IMG/VR virus record: IMGVR_UViG_3300012020_000004
Coordinates: 1-64,000 of that record
Source: a virus
Taxonomy: Duplodnaviria > Caudoviricetes
DNA: 64,000 bases
Reading direction: 5' to 3' (one strand)
Shown here one piece after another: positions 55,804-63,560 of this stretch; position 1 is the stretch's first letter; every line of letters begins with the position of its first letter. Both the position numbers and the translations under genes were made by a program. The notes beneath the pieces are model-generated. The model had not been told where the DNA came from. It saw only the letters and a list, made by a program, of their open reading frames with translations, and made no database searches.

Positions 55804-57207
55804 TCATCTTCCCTCAAGCGCCGCCCGTATGTCGTGACTCCCGCGGATCACAGTATTGACCAGGCTGTCGTTCTCCTGGAGGTACTCCCACACACGACTC
55901 TGCAGGGTCTTCTGGGCAATAGCTACCCGACAGTTAACCCCGCTTTTCTGCCCGTCCCGGTGTAGCCTGGCTATCGCCTGGTGGAACGTAGCGGCCCTGT
56001 AGGGCATCTCCACGAACAGCATGTCCTGGCAAACATCCTGCAAGCCGTCGATGCCCGCCGAAGCTGCCTGTATTTGGAGGATAATGACCTTACACTTAGG
56101 GTCCTTGACGAATGTGTCAATAGGCGCCTGGCGGTCTTTCGTCTCCCCCCACAAAGCCACAGCGTTGAACGCCTTCAGGTACTCGAGCAACTGCGTGGTC
56201 GTACGCCGGTAGTGGCAGAAGATCACGAGCTTCTTCCCGGCCAGTTCATCCATCACAGTGTCGATCAGGTCAAAGACCGTGCTCCTGATCCTGCCCTCGC
56301 TGAAGTACTCAGCGTTGCACGGCACCTGCTGCAGCGCCTGATAGAGCGCGCTCACATTGGTGAGGTCGATCTTGCCCCCGTTCGTGAGCTTGACCATCTG
56401 TTCGTCCACCATGCGGTTGTAGAGCTTAAGGTGCTCAGGCTCAAGGTCGTAGTAGATCGGTGTGTAGGTGAGTTCGGGAAGATCCCTGAGAACGTCCTCC
56501 TTCAGTACCCTGTGCGCGACCAGCAATAGGTTGCGGTTAAGCATGTCTAGGTGAGCGTACGCTTTGGGCTTGTTGGTCCTGAAATCCCTCTCAGTGACGT
56601 GGATGGATTCGAACTGATACTGTGACTTGTAGATCTCCGGCGTCAGTAGCTTGATATAAGCGTACCCATCCTCTGGGACTGAAAGTGGCGTGCCGGTTAG
56701 CAGGCACAGATCGTTGATGAGAGAGAAGTCCCGGACAAATTTGAAGTTGTCCGAGCCCGGGTTCTTCAGCGCCTGGGCTTCATCAACGATGATGAACAGT
56801 CGGCAGTTGCCTAGTTCAGCCTCAAATCGCTTGATGTCACGCTTGAACATCTGGAGGCCAACGAGGATGAACTGCTTGTCGAACGTCAGCTTTTTGCGCT
56901 GGGCTGGCGTCCCAGCATAGACCATCACGTCCATACCCGGAAACTTCTCGATGTTTCGCTTCCAGTTCTGGAGAAGCACAGGTGGCATGATCACCACCGT
57001 CTTCTCAATACTAGCGAAGAGCATCTTGTACATGGCTATGGTGATGGCAGTAAAGGTCTTACCTGTGCCCACGTCGAAGTACAGGCCCAACCTTGGCAGA
57101 GGCCCCAGCTCATTAGTAGCCTTTTGTTGGAACTCGTAGAGTTCCACAGGAAGTTTTATCCGTCGCTTCAGCTCCTGGTAAGGGAGGAAAGAGTCGTTGT
57201 TACCCAT
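55804..57207 (-). CDS. SNF2-like SF2 helicase
   Basis: DVGTGKT, DEAQ, LTGTP, QAIARLHRDGQ. Confidence 0.92.
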   Translation of the reverse strand: MGNNDSFLPYQELKRRIKLPVELYEFQQKATNELGPLPRLGLYFDVGTGKTFTAITIAMYKMLFASIEKTVVIMPPVLLQNWKRNIEKFPGMDVMVYAGTPAQRKKLTFDKQFILVGLQMFKRDIKRFEAELGNCRLFIIVDEAQALKNPGSDNFKFVRDFSLINDLCLLTGTPLSVPEDGYAYIKLLTPEIYKSQYQFESIHVTERDFRTNKPKAYAHLDMLNRNLLLVAHRVLKEDVLRDLPELTYTPIYYDLEPEHLKLYNRMVDEQMVKLTNGGKIDLTNVSALYQALQQVPCNAEYFSEGRIRSTVFDLIDTVMDELAGKKLVIFCHYRRTTTQLLEYLKAFNAVALWGETKDRQAPIDTFVKDPKCKVIILQIQAASAGIDGLQDVCQDMLFVEMPYRAATFHQAIARLHRDGQKSGVNCRVAIAQKTLQSRVWEYLQENDSLVNTVIRGSHDIRAALEGR

Positions 57208-57634
57208 ATTTCTTCCCGGATTTGAAGTCCACCTTGTAGACGTTAGGGCCCAGCCCTGCACACAGCCTGGTGTTGGCCTCTTTGGCTCGATCCCACATAC
57301 GGTATCGAAAAGCCGTGGGGAAGCCCTTGCAGAGCTTGTCGATCAGCGCCCCATGGGTACGCATACCCATGAACATCTCAAAGTCACGCATCATCTCGAT
57401 TGGCGGGCCCTTGAGCGCAGTCCTGAGGTCCTTGTACATGCCGTTGTCGATGTGCTCTGAGATCATGTCCCCGGCCCAGACCTTGTCGTGCAGGGCGTCG
57501 ACGTCCGGGTGAACGAGCCAGAGCAGGTTCATCTTGCACTGGTCGTACCCGAAGGTGGTAGCGTCCCCAGTCCAGTGCTGTGGCTCAATGTATGGGTAGT
57601 AGATGACTTCAGCTTTCAGCAGCTCTTCACTCAT
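57200..57634 (-). CDS. Hypothetical protein (144 aa)
   Basis: AAGGA RBS, good codon bias. Confidence 0.7.
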   Translation of the reverse strand: MSEELLKAEVIYYPYIEPQHWTGDATTFGYDQCKMNLLWLVHPDVDALHDKVWAGDMISEHIDNGMYKDLRTALKGPPIEMMRDFEMFMGMRTHGALIDKLCKGFPTAFRYRMWDRAKEANTRLCAGLGPNVYKVDFKSGKKYG

Positions 57635-57873
57635 AGTTTCTTCCTTACTTTGATAACGGGGACTACAGGATCGGCAGAGGTTACGGCGTAGTCCCCGACC
57701 TGACGGGTTAAGTGCCACCCGTTGCAGTACGGGCAACGGTAGACGCCCAGGACTTTGGCATTGCCGTTGCGCTCGATGGAGTCCATCGCCGCAGCCCTCG
57801 CGGTCAACTCGCAAGGGTATCGGCGCTTACTCGCGCAGGTTTTGTTGTGCCCCTTTAGTGGGGGTGCTGTCAT
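57631..57873 (-). CDS. Small zinc-finger protein
   Basis: C..KRRY...YRCPYCNGWHLT. Confidence 0.75.
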   Translation of the reverse strand: MTAPPLKGHNKTCASKRRYPCELTARAAAMDSIERNGNAKVLGVYRCPYCNGWHLTRQVGDYAVTSADPVVPVIKVRKKL

Positions 57874-58208
57874 TTATTGACCTCCCTCAACGCCTCTCTC
57901 ATCGCAGCATAGAAGCGAGTCGTCCATAGCGTGCCAATATAGTTGAAGTGGCCCCAGTCACGAACGAAATCAAGGAACCAGTCAGGGTTTTCCGGGAGGG
58001 CAGACTGCCCTGGCAACACCTTTCTGTCGCCGTGCACGATGGCCCGGTGGATACGGTTCACGGTGTCCTCGGGCAGGCCTGTGGCCCGAAGGAACCTCAG
58101 GACGTCCTCGTGATCCTCGGAGGCGCCCAGACCTTCGAGAAGACCCTTGATCTGTTCGTTGACGAGCCACAGAGGACTGTCCTCATCAAGTTCGACGGAG
58201 TTGTTCAT
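57870..58208 (-). CDS. Hypothetical protein
   Basis: Starts within the third copy (in transcription order) of the 20-bp junction repeat. Confidence 0.65.
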   Translation of the reverse strand: MNNSVELDEDSPLWLVNEQIKGLLEGLGASEDHEDVLRFLRATGLPEDTVNRIHRAIVHGDRKVLPGQSALPENPDWFLDFVRDWGHFNYIGTLWTTRFYAAMREALREVNK

Positions 58209-58399
58209 GGCTTGGCCTCCGGTGTTGCTTTGTATGAACCCATTCCAGTTAGACGACAACGGTCGTCATCCACCCTTTGCGCCTGTGACTGGATTGGTTT
58301 TCGTAGTGCATCAGGCATCTGGTTAAGGGTCTGCCAGTTCATTTCATGTAGGCAGGTTCTGCATTTTTCATGGGTGTACCCAAGACAATACGTTTTCAT
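58205..58399 (-). CDS. Small Cys-rich hypothetical protein
   Basis: YCLG...CRTC...C; ends TPEAKP. Confidence 0.65.
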   Translation of the reverse strand: MKTYCLGYTHEKCRTCLHEMNWQTLNQMPDALRKPIQSQAQRVDDDRCRLTGMGSYKATPEAKP

Positions 58400-58608
58400 G
58401 GCTTGGCCTCCGGTGCAGAAAGCCCTTGTTCCTCGATAACGACGCCCATTCGCGTATTGATGACGTCCATGAGTTCGCTATCTCCGCGCTCCCTTGCCTC
58501 GCCGTACATGCCTGCCAACTCCATGATGTCAGAGCAGTCCAGCACCTTGAGCGTTTCGCGTACTCCGATAGGGGCGGGCCTCCCGAATATGTCTAGAAAA
58601 AAGGTCAT
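58396..58608 (-). CDS. Hypothetical protein
   Basis: Ends APEAKP; coupled through the junction repeat. Confidence 0.65.
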   Translation of the reverse strand: MTFFLDIFGRPAPIGVRETLKVLDCSDIMELAGMYGEARERGDSELMDVINTRMGVVIEEQGLSAPEAKP

Positions 58609-59201
58609 GGCTTGGCCTCCGGTGCTGCTGCGAGCATTGCCTTCACTTCATCGACCAGTTCAAGCAGGGTGGTGTAGTGATCCATTTTGATCTCACCGTT
58701 CATTCCCGGACCAAAAGAAAGACCGCCCATGTCGTCATGACCGTATTCTATAGCGTAGTCGTTGGCTTTTTTCTGGAGCATGTCCGCGACAGCTTTGACG
58801 CCATCTTGCCATCCATCCGGCACGCTCGGCGCGGGTTCTCCCATGTGAGTAGGCCCGTTAATTTCAGCGATTAACTTCCGATTCAGGTCTTCAGCCTCAA
58901 GCGCACGCTTTTTCCAGATCGCGGCTTCCTCCATCGCACCTTGGTAGGCGTCTGCAAAACTCGGCGCGGGCTGTGCGCCGGTAACGCGAGCCTCGATGGC
59001 CTTCCACGTCGGCTCGTATTCCGGCCAGTCGGCCTCAACGATGAGCCCCTTAAACGTGGGCTTATTAGCGCAGTCTCTCCCGGCGTCAATCTCCATTTTC
59101 ATCATCGTGATATTCGCCCTGTCTTTGTCTGTCAAGTATCTTTCAACATCGGACATCTTGAAAACGATGTAGCGTTCTTCACGCATGAACTCGTTGGTCA
59201 T
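58605..59201 (-). CDS. Mosaic early hypothetical protein
   Basis: ERYIVFKMSD N-terminus; PAPS linkers; ends APEAKP. Confidence 0.75.
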   Translation of the reverse strand: MTNEFMREERYIVFKMSDVERYLTDKDRANITMMKMEIDAGRDCANKPTFKGLIVEADWPEYEPTWKAIEARVTGAQPAPSFADAYQGAMEEAAIWKKRALEAEDLNRKLIAEINGPTHMGEPAPSVPDGWQDGVKAVADMLQKKANDYAIEYGHDDMGGLSFGPGMNGEIKMDHYTTLLELVDEVKAMLAAAPEAKP

Positions 59202-59392
59202 TTCTCTTCTCCTTGTGCGTTAGGTCTTTCGGGCAAGGGCATCCAGTGGGTCGGCTCAACCATGACATAAGGCCACGACCACACCCCGTAGACAGGACTC
59301 CAGAACCCATCGGCTATACGACCTTTCGGAGTAGCCAGAAGAATAAAACTTCCGTCCTTTGGTGCTGTTTCAATCGGTTGCCACATGTTCAT
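59198..59392 (-). CDS. DUF551-like protein
   Basis: MWQPIETAPKDG...PTHWMPLP. Confidence 0.85.
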   Translation of the reverse strand: MNMWQPIETAPKDGSFILLATPKGRIADGFWSPVYGVWSWPYVMVEPTHWMPLPERPNAQGEEK

Positions 59393-59832
59393 TTCTCTTC
59401 TCCTTTTGCGCCGGAGAGGGCGTAGAGCGGCTGAACTTCGTGGTTGTGCTTTCTTGCCCGCCGTGCGGTTTCTTCTGTCAGCTCGCCGTACTGCCACATA
59501 ACGGCACCACGATAACGCCAGCGATACGCGGTCGCCGTAACCAGACGGGCTGGCTCCTACTGCTCCATCCTTGCGATCTTGGCGCGCAGGGCTGCGCATT
59601 CATTCATCGCGTCTTCGCAGCGCTCTGCGTGCCAGTCACGCTCCCTCTCAGCCGCTTCGAGCTTCGCCATCAGTGCCGCTTCGCGCTCGCTACCCATGCC
59701 GTTGAGCCGAGCTTGTTCGAGACATTCGGACTCAGCCGCTTCGAGGCGGTCGAGAAGTTCATTAATGGTTACAGGAGATGTAGGCCAATAACAGTCAGCA
59801 ATCACCTTGCGCAGTTCGTTGATGTCGATCAT
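59389..59832 (-). pseudogene. Ead/Ea22-like gene interrupted by one in-frame TAG (59557-59559)
   Basis: LLDRLEAAE repeats; the frame continues MEQ*EPARL... to GEEK-TGA, overlapping the next ATG. Confidence 0.6.
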
Positions 59833-60182
59833 TTCGATTCTCCCAGTATCGCTTCACACCACCTCAGCTCTTCAGCGGTCATCAGCATGTCGTGGCTGTT
59901 TTGACGGACGGCCAGCCGCAGAGCGTCGGTGAGTGTGGCACAGCGCTCTTCGAGTTCAGAGATCATGTCTTTAAGAGCGTCGGCGCGGTGCATGCCAAGA
60001 TACTTGGCAGGCGCGCTCTCCTGCACCCACTCCGTCTTGTCGGTCCACTCGTTGTACGCAGTGCGATAACGTTGCAAGTTCTCAAGTTCGTCGGCAGCTT
60101 TCGACATTGCCGCGGGGTATATGTTGTACCCGTTGGCGTACAGGTCTTCGGCCAGCATTCGTAGTTCGTTGACCAGGTTCAT
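59829..60182 (-). CDS. Hypothetical early protein
   Basis: Ends with a stop overlapping the next start; phage-type MHRADAL motif. Confidence 0.65.
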   Translation of the reverse strand: MNLVNELRMLAEDLYANGYNIYPAAMSKAADELENLQRYRTAYNEWTDKTEWVQESAPAKYLGMHRADALKDMISELEERCATLTDALRLAVRQNSHDMLMTAEELRWCEAILGESK

Positions 60183-60183
60183 G

Positions 60184-60357
60184 TCAGTTGTCCTGAAGAT
60201 GAAGTGGATCAACCGTGTCCAGCAATTCAAGCAAATCTACATTGGTGAGGTCATTGATTCGCTTATCAATGTACTCGTCGTACCAGCCAGGGCGAGTTGC
60301 GTAACCTTGCTCTTGCCACTCATCAAAGTAACGACGAAGGCTTTCAAGTCGGTGCAT
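60184..60357 (-). CDS. Small hypothetical protein
   Basis: GGAG RBS. Confidence 0.55.
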   Translation of the reverse strand: MHRLESLRRYFDEWQEQGYATRPGWYDEYIDKRINDLTNVDLLELLDTVDPLHLQDN

Positions 60358-60466
60358 GTTTGTCTCCAAGCGTAAAGGTGCCCCGCCGACACCAAGGTGT
60401 CCCACGACCCACAACGGACAACTCCTATAAAGTTGAGGTTGTTAGAGGTGACGGCGGGGCATTGAC

Positions 60467-60542
60467 TGGTGGGCCCTGCGGGACTTGAACCCGCAACCTT
60501 CGAATTATGAGTTCGCTGCTTGACCGATTAAGCTAAAGGCCC
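60467..60542 (-). tRNA. tRNA with CAU anticodon, most likely tRNA-Ile2 (lysidine type)
   Basis: GGGCCTT acceptor stem, GCGAA-CTCATAA-TTCGA anticodon arm, A73, CCA; resembles ileX-type rather than Met tRNAs. Confidence 0.85.
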
Positions 60543-60549
60543 GGGACTA

Positions 60550-60708
60550 CTACGGCCCCTCGTAGCGAACCTGCTTACCGTTGATCATCACCGACCCCGG
60601 ACGCTTGACCTCGTGGTCCATGATGGCCCGCGGAAGGTCAGGCTTGCACATCTGCTTGCGAATATCCTTGGGCGCCGACGCCCACATCACTTTGTGTTCA
60701 CGCTTCAT
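60550..60708 (-). CDS. Small hypothetical protein (52 aa), not in the ORF track
   Basis: AAAGGAG RBS; MKREHKVMWASAPKDIRKQ... Confidence 0.65.
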   Translation of the reverse strand: MKREHKVMWASAPKDIRKQMCKPDLPRAIMDHEVKRPGSVMINGKQVRYEGP

Positions 60709-60734
60709 TTAGTGTTTCTCCTTTGTTTGACTAC

Positions 60735-60956
60735 TTAACGACGAAGCCCAAGGAGGCTCTGGATGGTCTCTGCGTCCTGGTGAACGCGATCGGTAAGCAC
60801 TGTGAGGCCCCACACCGACTTAAGGCTGCAGGACTTCTCAGTACCTGTACGAATGCCTACCGCTTCCGCGGTGGCAACCTTGCGGCCGGCGAACCGGCCG
60901 CTCAATGGGGTCAATTCATACAGCCCCGCTTGATTCTTCTCAATAGCAAGTTGCAT
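60735..60956 (-). CDS. Hypothetical protein
   Basis: 73-aa ORF in the early gene array. Confidence 0.6.
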   Translation of the reverse strand: MQLAIEKNQAGLYELTPLSGRFAGRKVATAEAVGIRTGTEKSCSLKSVWGLTVLTDRVHQDAETIQSLLGLRR

Positions 60957-60968
60957 GCCGTGTCGTCC

Positions 60969-61199
60969 TCAGATAGATTTGGGGAAGGGGTCAGTGTCGA
61001 GCTTGTGGTACGGGAAGTGCCCGCGCACCAGTCGGTGGAATGCGCTCCCTACGCTATCAGACTCCTTCAGGGTGCGAAAGACAGGGAAAGGGACCTTCTC
61101 GTAGCTATACGTCTGACCGCTATTGAAGCGGATGAACAACTGCCCTCGTCGATACCCGAGACAGTTGATATTGCTCGATACCACGTAGTGGGGCTTCAT
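60969..61199 (-). CDS. KTSC-domain protein
   Basis: VSSNI..LGY....L.IRF.SG..Y.Y..VP..VF..L..S.SVG..F...VRG.F.Y. Confidence 0.85.
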   Translation of the reverse strand: MKPHYVVSSNINCLGYRRGQLFIRFNSGQTYSYEKVPFPVFRTLKESDSVGSAFHRLVRGHFPYHKLDTDPFPKSI

Positions 61200-61438
61200 G
61201 CCGAGTACTCCCACTCTCGCTCGAACCGGGCAGTGTACAGGTCCTCCAGCGCTTGCGCCTCAAGACGCTCAACGACAGGTAGCGCGGCCATGACGAGGTC
61301 GTATTCGATACTAGACTCCAGTAGAAAGTGAGCGTCATGGCCCCGACAACTCAGATCATCAAAAATGAGCTGGTCATCTTCGTCCAAGTAGACCTTGGCC
61401 TCGAAGGTCAGGCCGATGTGCTGAAACGTGATGTTCAT
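61196..61438 (-). CDS. Small acidic hypothetical protein
   Basis: AGGAG RBS; D/E-rich. Confidence 0.7.
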   Translation of the reverse strand: MNITFQHIGLTFEAKVYLDEDDQLIFDDLSCRGHDAHFLLESSIEYDLVMAALPVVERLEAQALEDLYTARFEREWEYSA

Positions 61439-61480
61439 GTTAGCACTCCTGTTTGTTGTGTCAACTTGCACCCACCCACA

Positions 61481-62152
61481 TTAGTGGCGTTTGAAAGCCA
61501 CAGGTTTGGTGGTCGACCAGCACAGGCCGCAGGTCATGCAGCTGGCGGTCTTGCCGATCTGCTCCGGGCACGGGATGCCCTCGCCCTCGACGTTGGCGCT
61601 CATGGGCCCTCCGGCGTTCGAGAACCTGATCCAGACCCGCTCCGGGTCCGCGTCGTTGATGGTCTGCACGGCGCGGCCGATCTCGCTGTCCCTGGGCCAC
61701 TGGGTGAAGCCGAAGATGTGCAGGCCTCGGTGCTCGAGGACAAGGTGGCGCCAGAAGGCAGCGTACCCCTCAGAAACAAAGTCCCCGAGAACATGCAGGC
61801 GAACGAGTACCTTCCCATAAGTACGCAGCAGACTCTTAAGCTCCTGCTCAATCCTCGCTTGAAGCGCAGGCATGTCGTCACTGCTGACCCGAGTCGCAAA
61901 ACGGACATTGTTACCGTAGCATTCCGCCCACATCTGGCAACTTGTTGGGCACGTCTTCCTTTCTTCCAGCGTCAGCGTGAAGGCTGCCATACCGCGCCAC
62001 TTCCCCTTGGCAACCACGGGTACGCCGTTGCCCAGCTTCGAGTTGTTGGCCACGCTCTGAAGCACGCGCTTGACCTCGGTCACCGTCTTCACGCGGTAGG
62101 GGAAGACGGTTTGATGTTCGGAGAGCGCTGGGTTGTCAGGCCTTAGCTTCAT
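61481..62152 (-). CDS. Gp88-like / radical-SAM-like Cys-rich protein
   Basis: CPTSCQMWAECY, VRLHVLGDF, CPEQ...CMTCGLCW. Confidence 0.7.
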   Translation of the reverse strand: MKLRPDNPALSEHQTVFPYRVKTVTEVKRVLQSVANNSKLGNGVPVVAKGKWRGMAAFTLTLEERKTCPTSCQMWAECYGNNVRFATRVSSDDMPALQARIEQELKSLLRTYGKVLVRLHVLGDFVSEGYAAFWRHLVLEHRGLHIFGFTQWPRDSEIGRAVQTINDADPERVWIRFSNAGGPMSANVEGEGIPCPEQIGKTASCMTCGLCWSTTKPVAFKRH

Positions 62153-62702
62153 GCGACTCCTCCGTCACCAGCATGGCTGCTTTCACTTGGCTGAGCTTCA
62201 GGCGGTACGTGGTCCCCGTCTCCACGCTCTTTGCGTAGAAGCCCCGGCGCCCAATGTCGCACTCCAGCCTGTAGTCGTGGCCGTAGAGCCGAACCACGTC
62301 CCCAACCTTCTTCACCACCTTCTTGAAGTTCACGTTGGCCCAGCACTTCTCGCGCCAGGTGTTAGCCCACTCACTGTCAGTGGGTGTGAGCAGCTTCAGG
62401 ATCTTCTCCGGGCAGTTGTGATAGTACGGGCCCTCAAACTCGCTCATCGCCTTGACGCAGCAGTTGTAGTGGTCCTCCGGGTGCCAGCTCACCTTCAGCA
62501 CGGCGCACCACACCTCACGTGTGCCATCAGCCCTCACGTGCTCGACGGCGGCGTAAAACTCACGCATGTTAACCAGGGCTGTGGCCAGGACGGTGTGCTT
62601 TTCCCCGGTCTCCTTGTCGTGGCTGTCCCAGGTCAGGTGGTTCTGGATGATGAAGTCGGTGGCCTTTACGTTGTCAGGCTTGTGGCTGCAGGTGGTGCCC
62701 AT
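62136..62702 (-). CDS. DUF6927-like hypothetical protein
   Basis: KAMSEFEGPYYHNCP..IL.LLTP.....A..WR..C motif. Confidence 0.65.
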   Translation of the reverse strand: MGTTCSHKPDNVKATDFIIQNHLTWDSHDKETGEKHTVLATALVNMREFYAAVEHVRADGTREVWCAVLKVSWHPEDHYNCCVKAMSEFEGPYYHNCPEKILKLLTPTDSEWANTWREKCWANVNFKKVVKKVGDVVRLYGHDYRLECDIGRRGFYAKSVETGTTYRLKLSQVKAAMLVTEESHEAKA

Positions 62703-62723
62703 GATGTACTCCTAGAAATGAAG

Positions 62724-62743
62724 AAGGCCCACGTGTGGGCCTT
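62724..62743 (-). terminator. Hairpin / terminator in the early region
   Basis: aaggccc-acgtgt-gggcctt followed on the minus strand by cttcattt. Confidence 0.55.
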
Positions 62744-62767
62744 AATTTAGAACTGCGGATGGTTTGA

Positions 62768-63175
62768 CTACTCTTCGATCAGCGATTCATTAGGGTATCC
62801 GTCCTCATCAGTAATTTCGCAGATGGCCATCTCGATGGCGTCCTTGTGCTCCAGCGCCCACTCCACGACGTGCTTGGGGAACAAGTCCGTGTTCTCTCCC
62901 TGGAGCCCTGTACGCATCTCATACTCCGCTGACTCAACGGCAGCTAGCATGAAGCCCAGGAAGGACACGAAGATGCCGACAGTGCTCTGAAAGCCGCCGA
63001 CACCGGAGCGCAGCTGGTCACCCACATACTCAAACTCTGGCGTGACTAGCAGGAAGGTGGCCAGGTCCCTCCCCTCTTCAGCGACCTGAACGTCGGTCAA
63101 GTGCAAGATCCCGTCCCCGATCTTGATGCCCGGGGATAGTGTCGACGTTATGATGAACTGGTCATGCAGCTTCAT
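62768..63175 (-). CDS. Acidic hypothetical protein
   Basis: AAGGAG RBS before ATG 63175. Confidence 0.7.
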   Translation of the reverse strand: MKLHDQFIITSTLSPGIKIGDGILHLTDVQVAEEGRDLATFLLVTPEFEYVGDQLRSGVGGFQSTVGIFVSFLGFMLAAVESAEYEMRTGLQGENTDLFPKHVVEWALEHKDAIEMAICEITDEDGYPNESLIEE

Positions 63176-63560
63176 TACCTTCTCCTTGATCCAGAGATTC
63201 AATCCACGCGGCTACCTTCTGGCAGTCCTGGGCGTCCAGGTCGTACTCGGGGTAGCCACCATCGAGGCTGAGGCCATTCCTGACCGGGCCCCCGTTGAAA
63301 CTGTACTTGGACTTGCCCAGAAACGTGCTGAGGTAGTAGCGACTGATGAACCAGTAGCCCTTGACCCCGTCCCAGGCCAAGGCGCCATCTTTGTCGTCCC
63401 CGATGAGGCTGTAGAACTCGATCATCGGCTCTTTGAATGACTCCTTACGGTCTGGGTGTGTAAGGCACCCGTCAAGGCCGTAGCGGTCACCCAGTCGAAC
63501 AAGTCGGGTGAGCATGGGCTCACCCCGGAAAGAGGTAAAGGTCATTCTTGGTGCGGTCAC
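63162..63560 (-). CDS. Hypothetical phage protein
   Basis: GDRYG..GCLT...IEFY...FISRYY..T...GL.LDGG motif. Confidence 0.7.
   Translation of the reverse strand: MTAPRMTFTSFRGEPMLTRLVRLGDRYGLDGCLTHPDRKESFKEPMIEFYSLIGDDKDGALAWDGVKGYWFISRYYLSTFLGKSKYSFNGGPVRNGLSLDGGYPEYDLDAQDCQKVAAWIESLDQGEGNEAA

Larger units (their letters stand above)
58205..58624 (-). repeat. Three exact 20-bp direct repeats at consecutive gene junctions
   Basis: Plus-strand tcatggcttggcctccggtg at 58205-58224, 58396-58415 and 58605-58624. Confidence 0.95.

Noticed and set aside
59557-59559. Genome-wide TAG recoding
   Set aside because: Several genes end at TAG with correct spacing (for example 2069, 33948, 47512), there is no suppressor tRNA, and only one interrupted gene was seen.
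60725-62772. Shared 11-mer gtttgactact at two gene ends
   Set aside because: Many 11-mer matches are expected by chance in 64 kb; only two copies.
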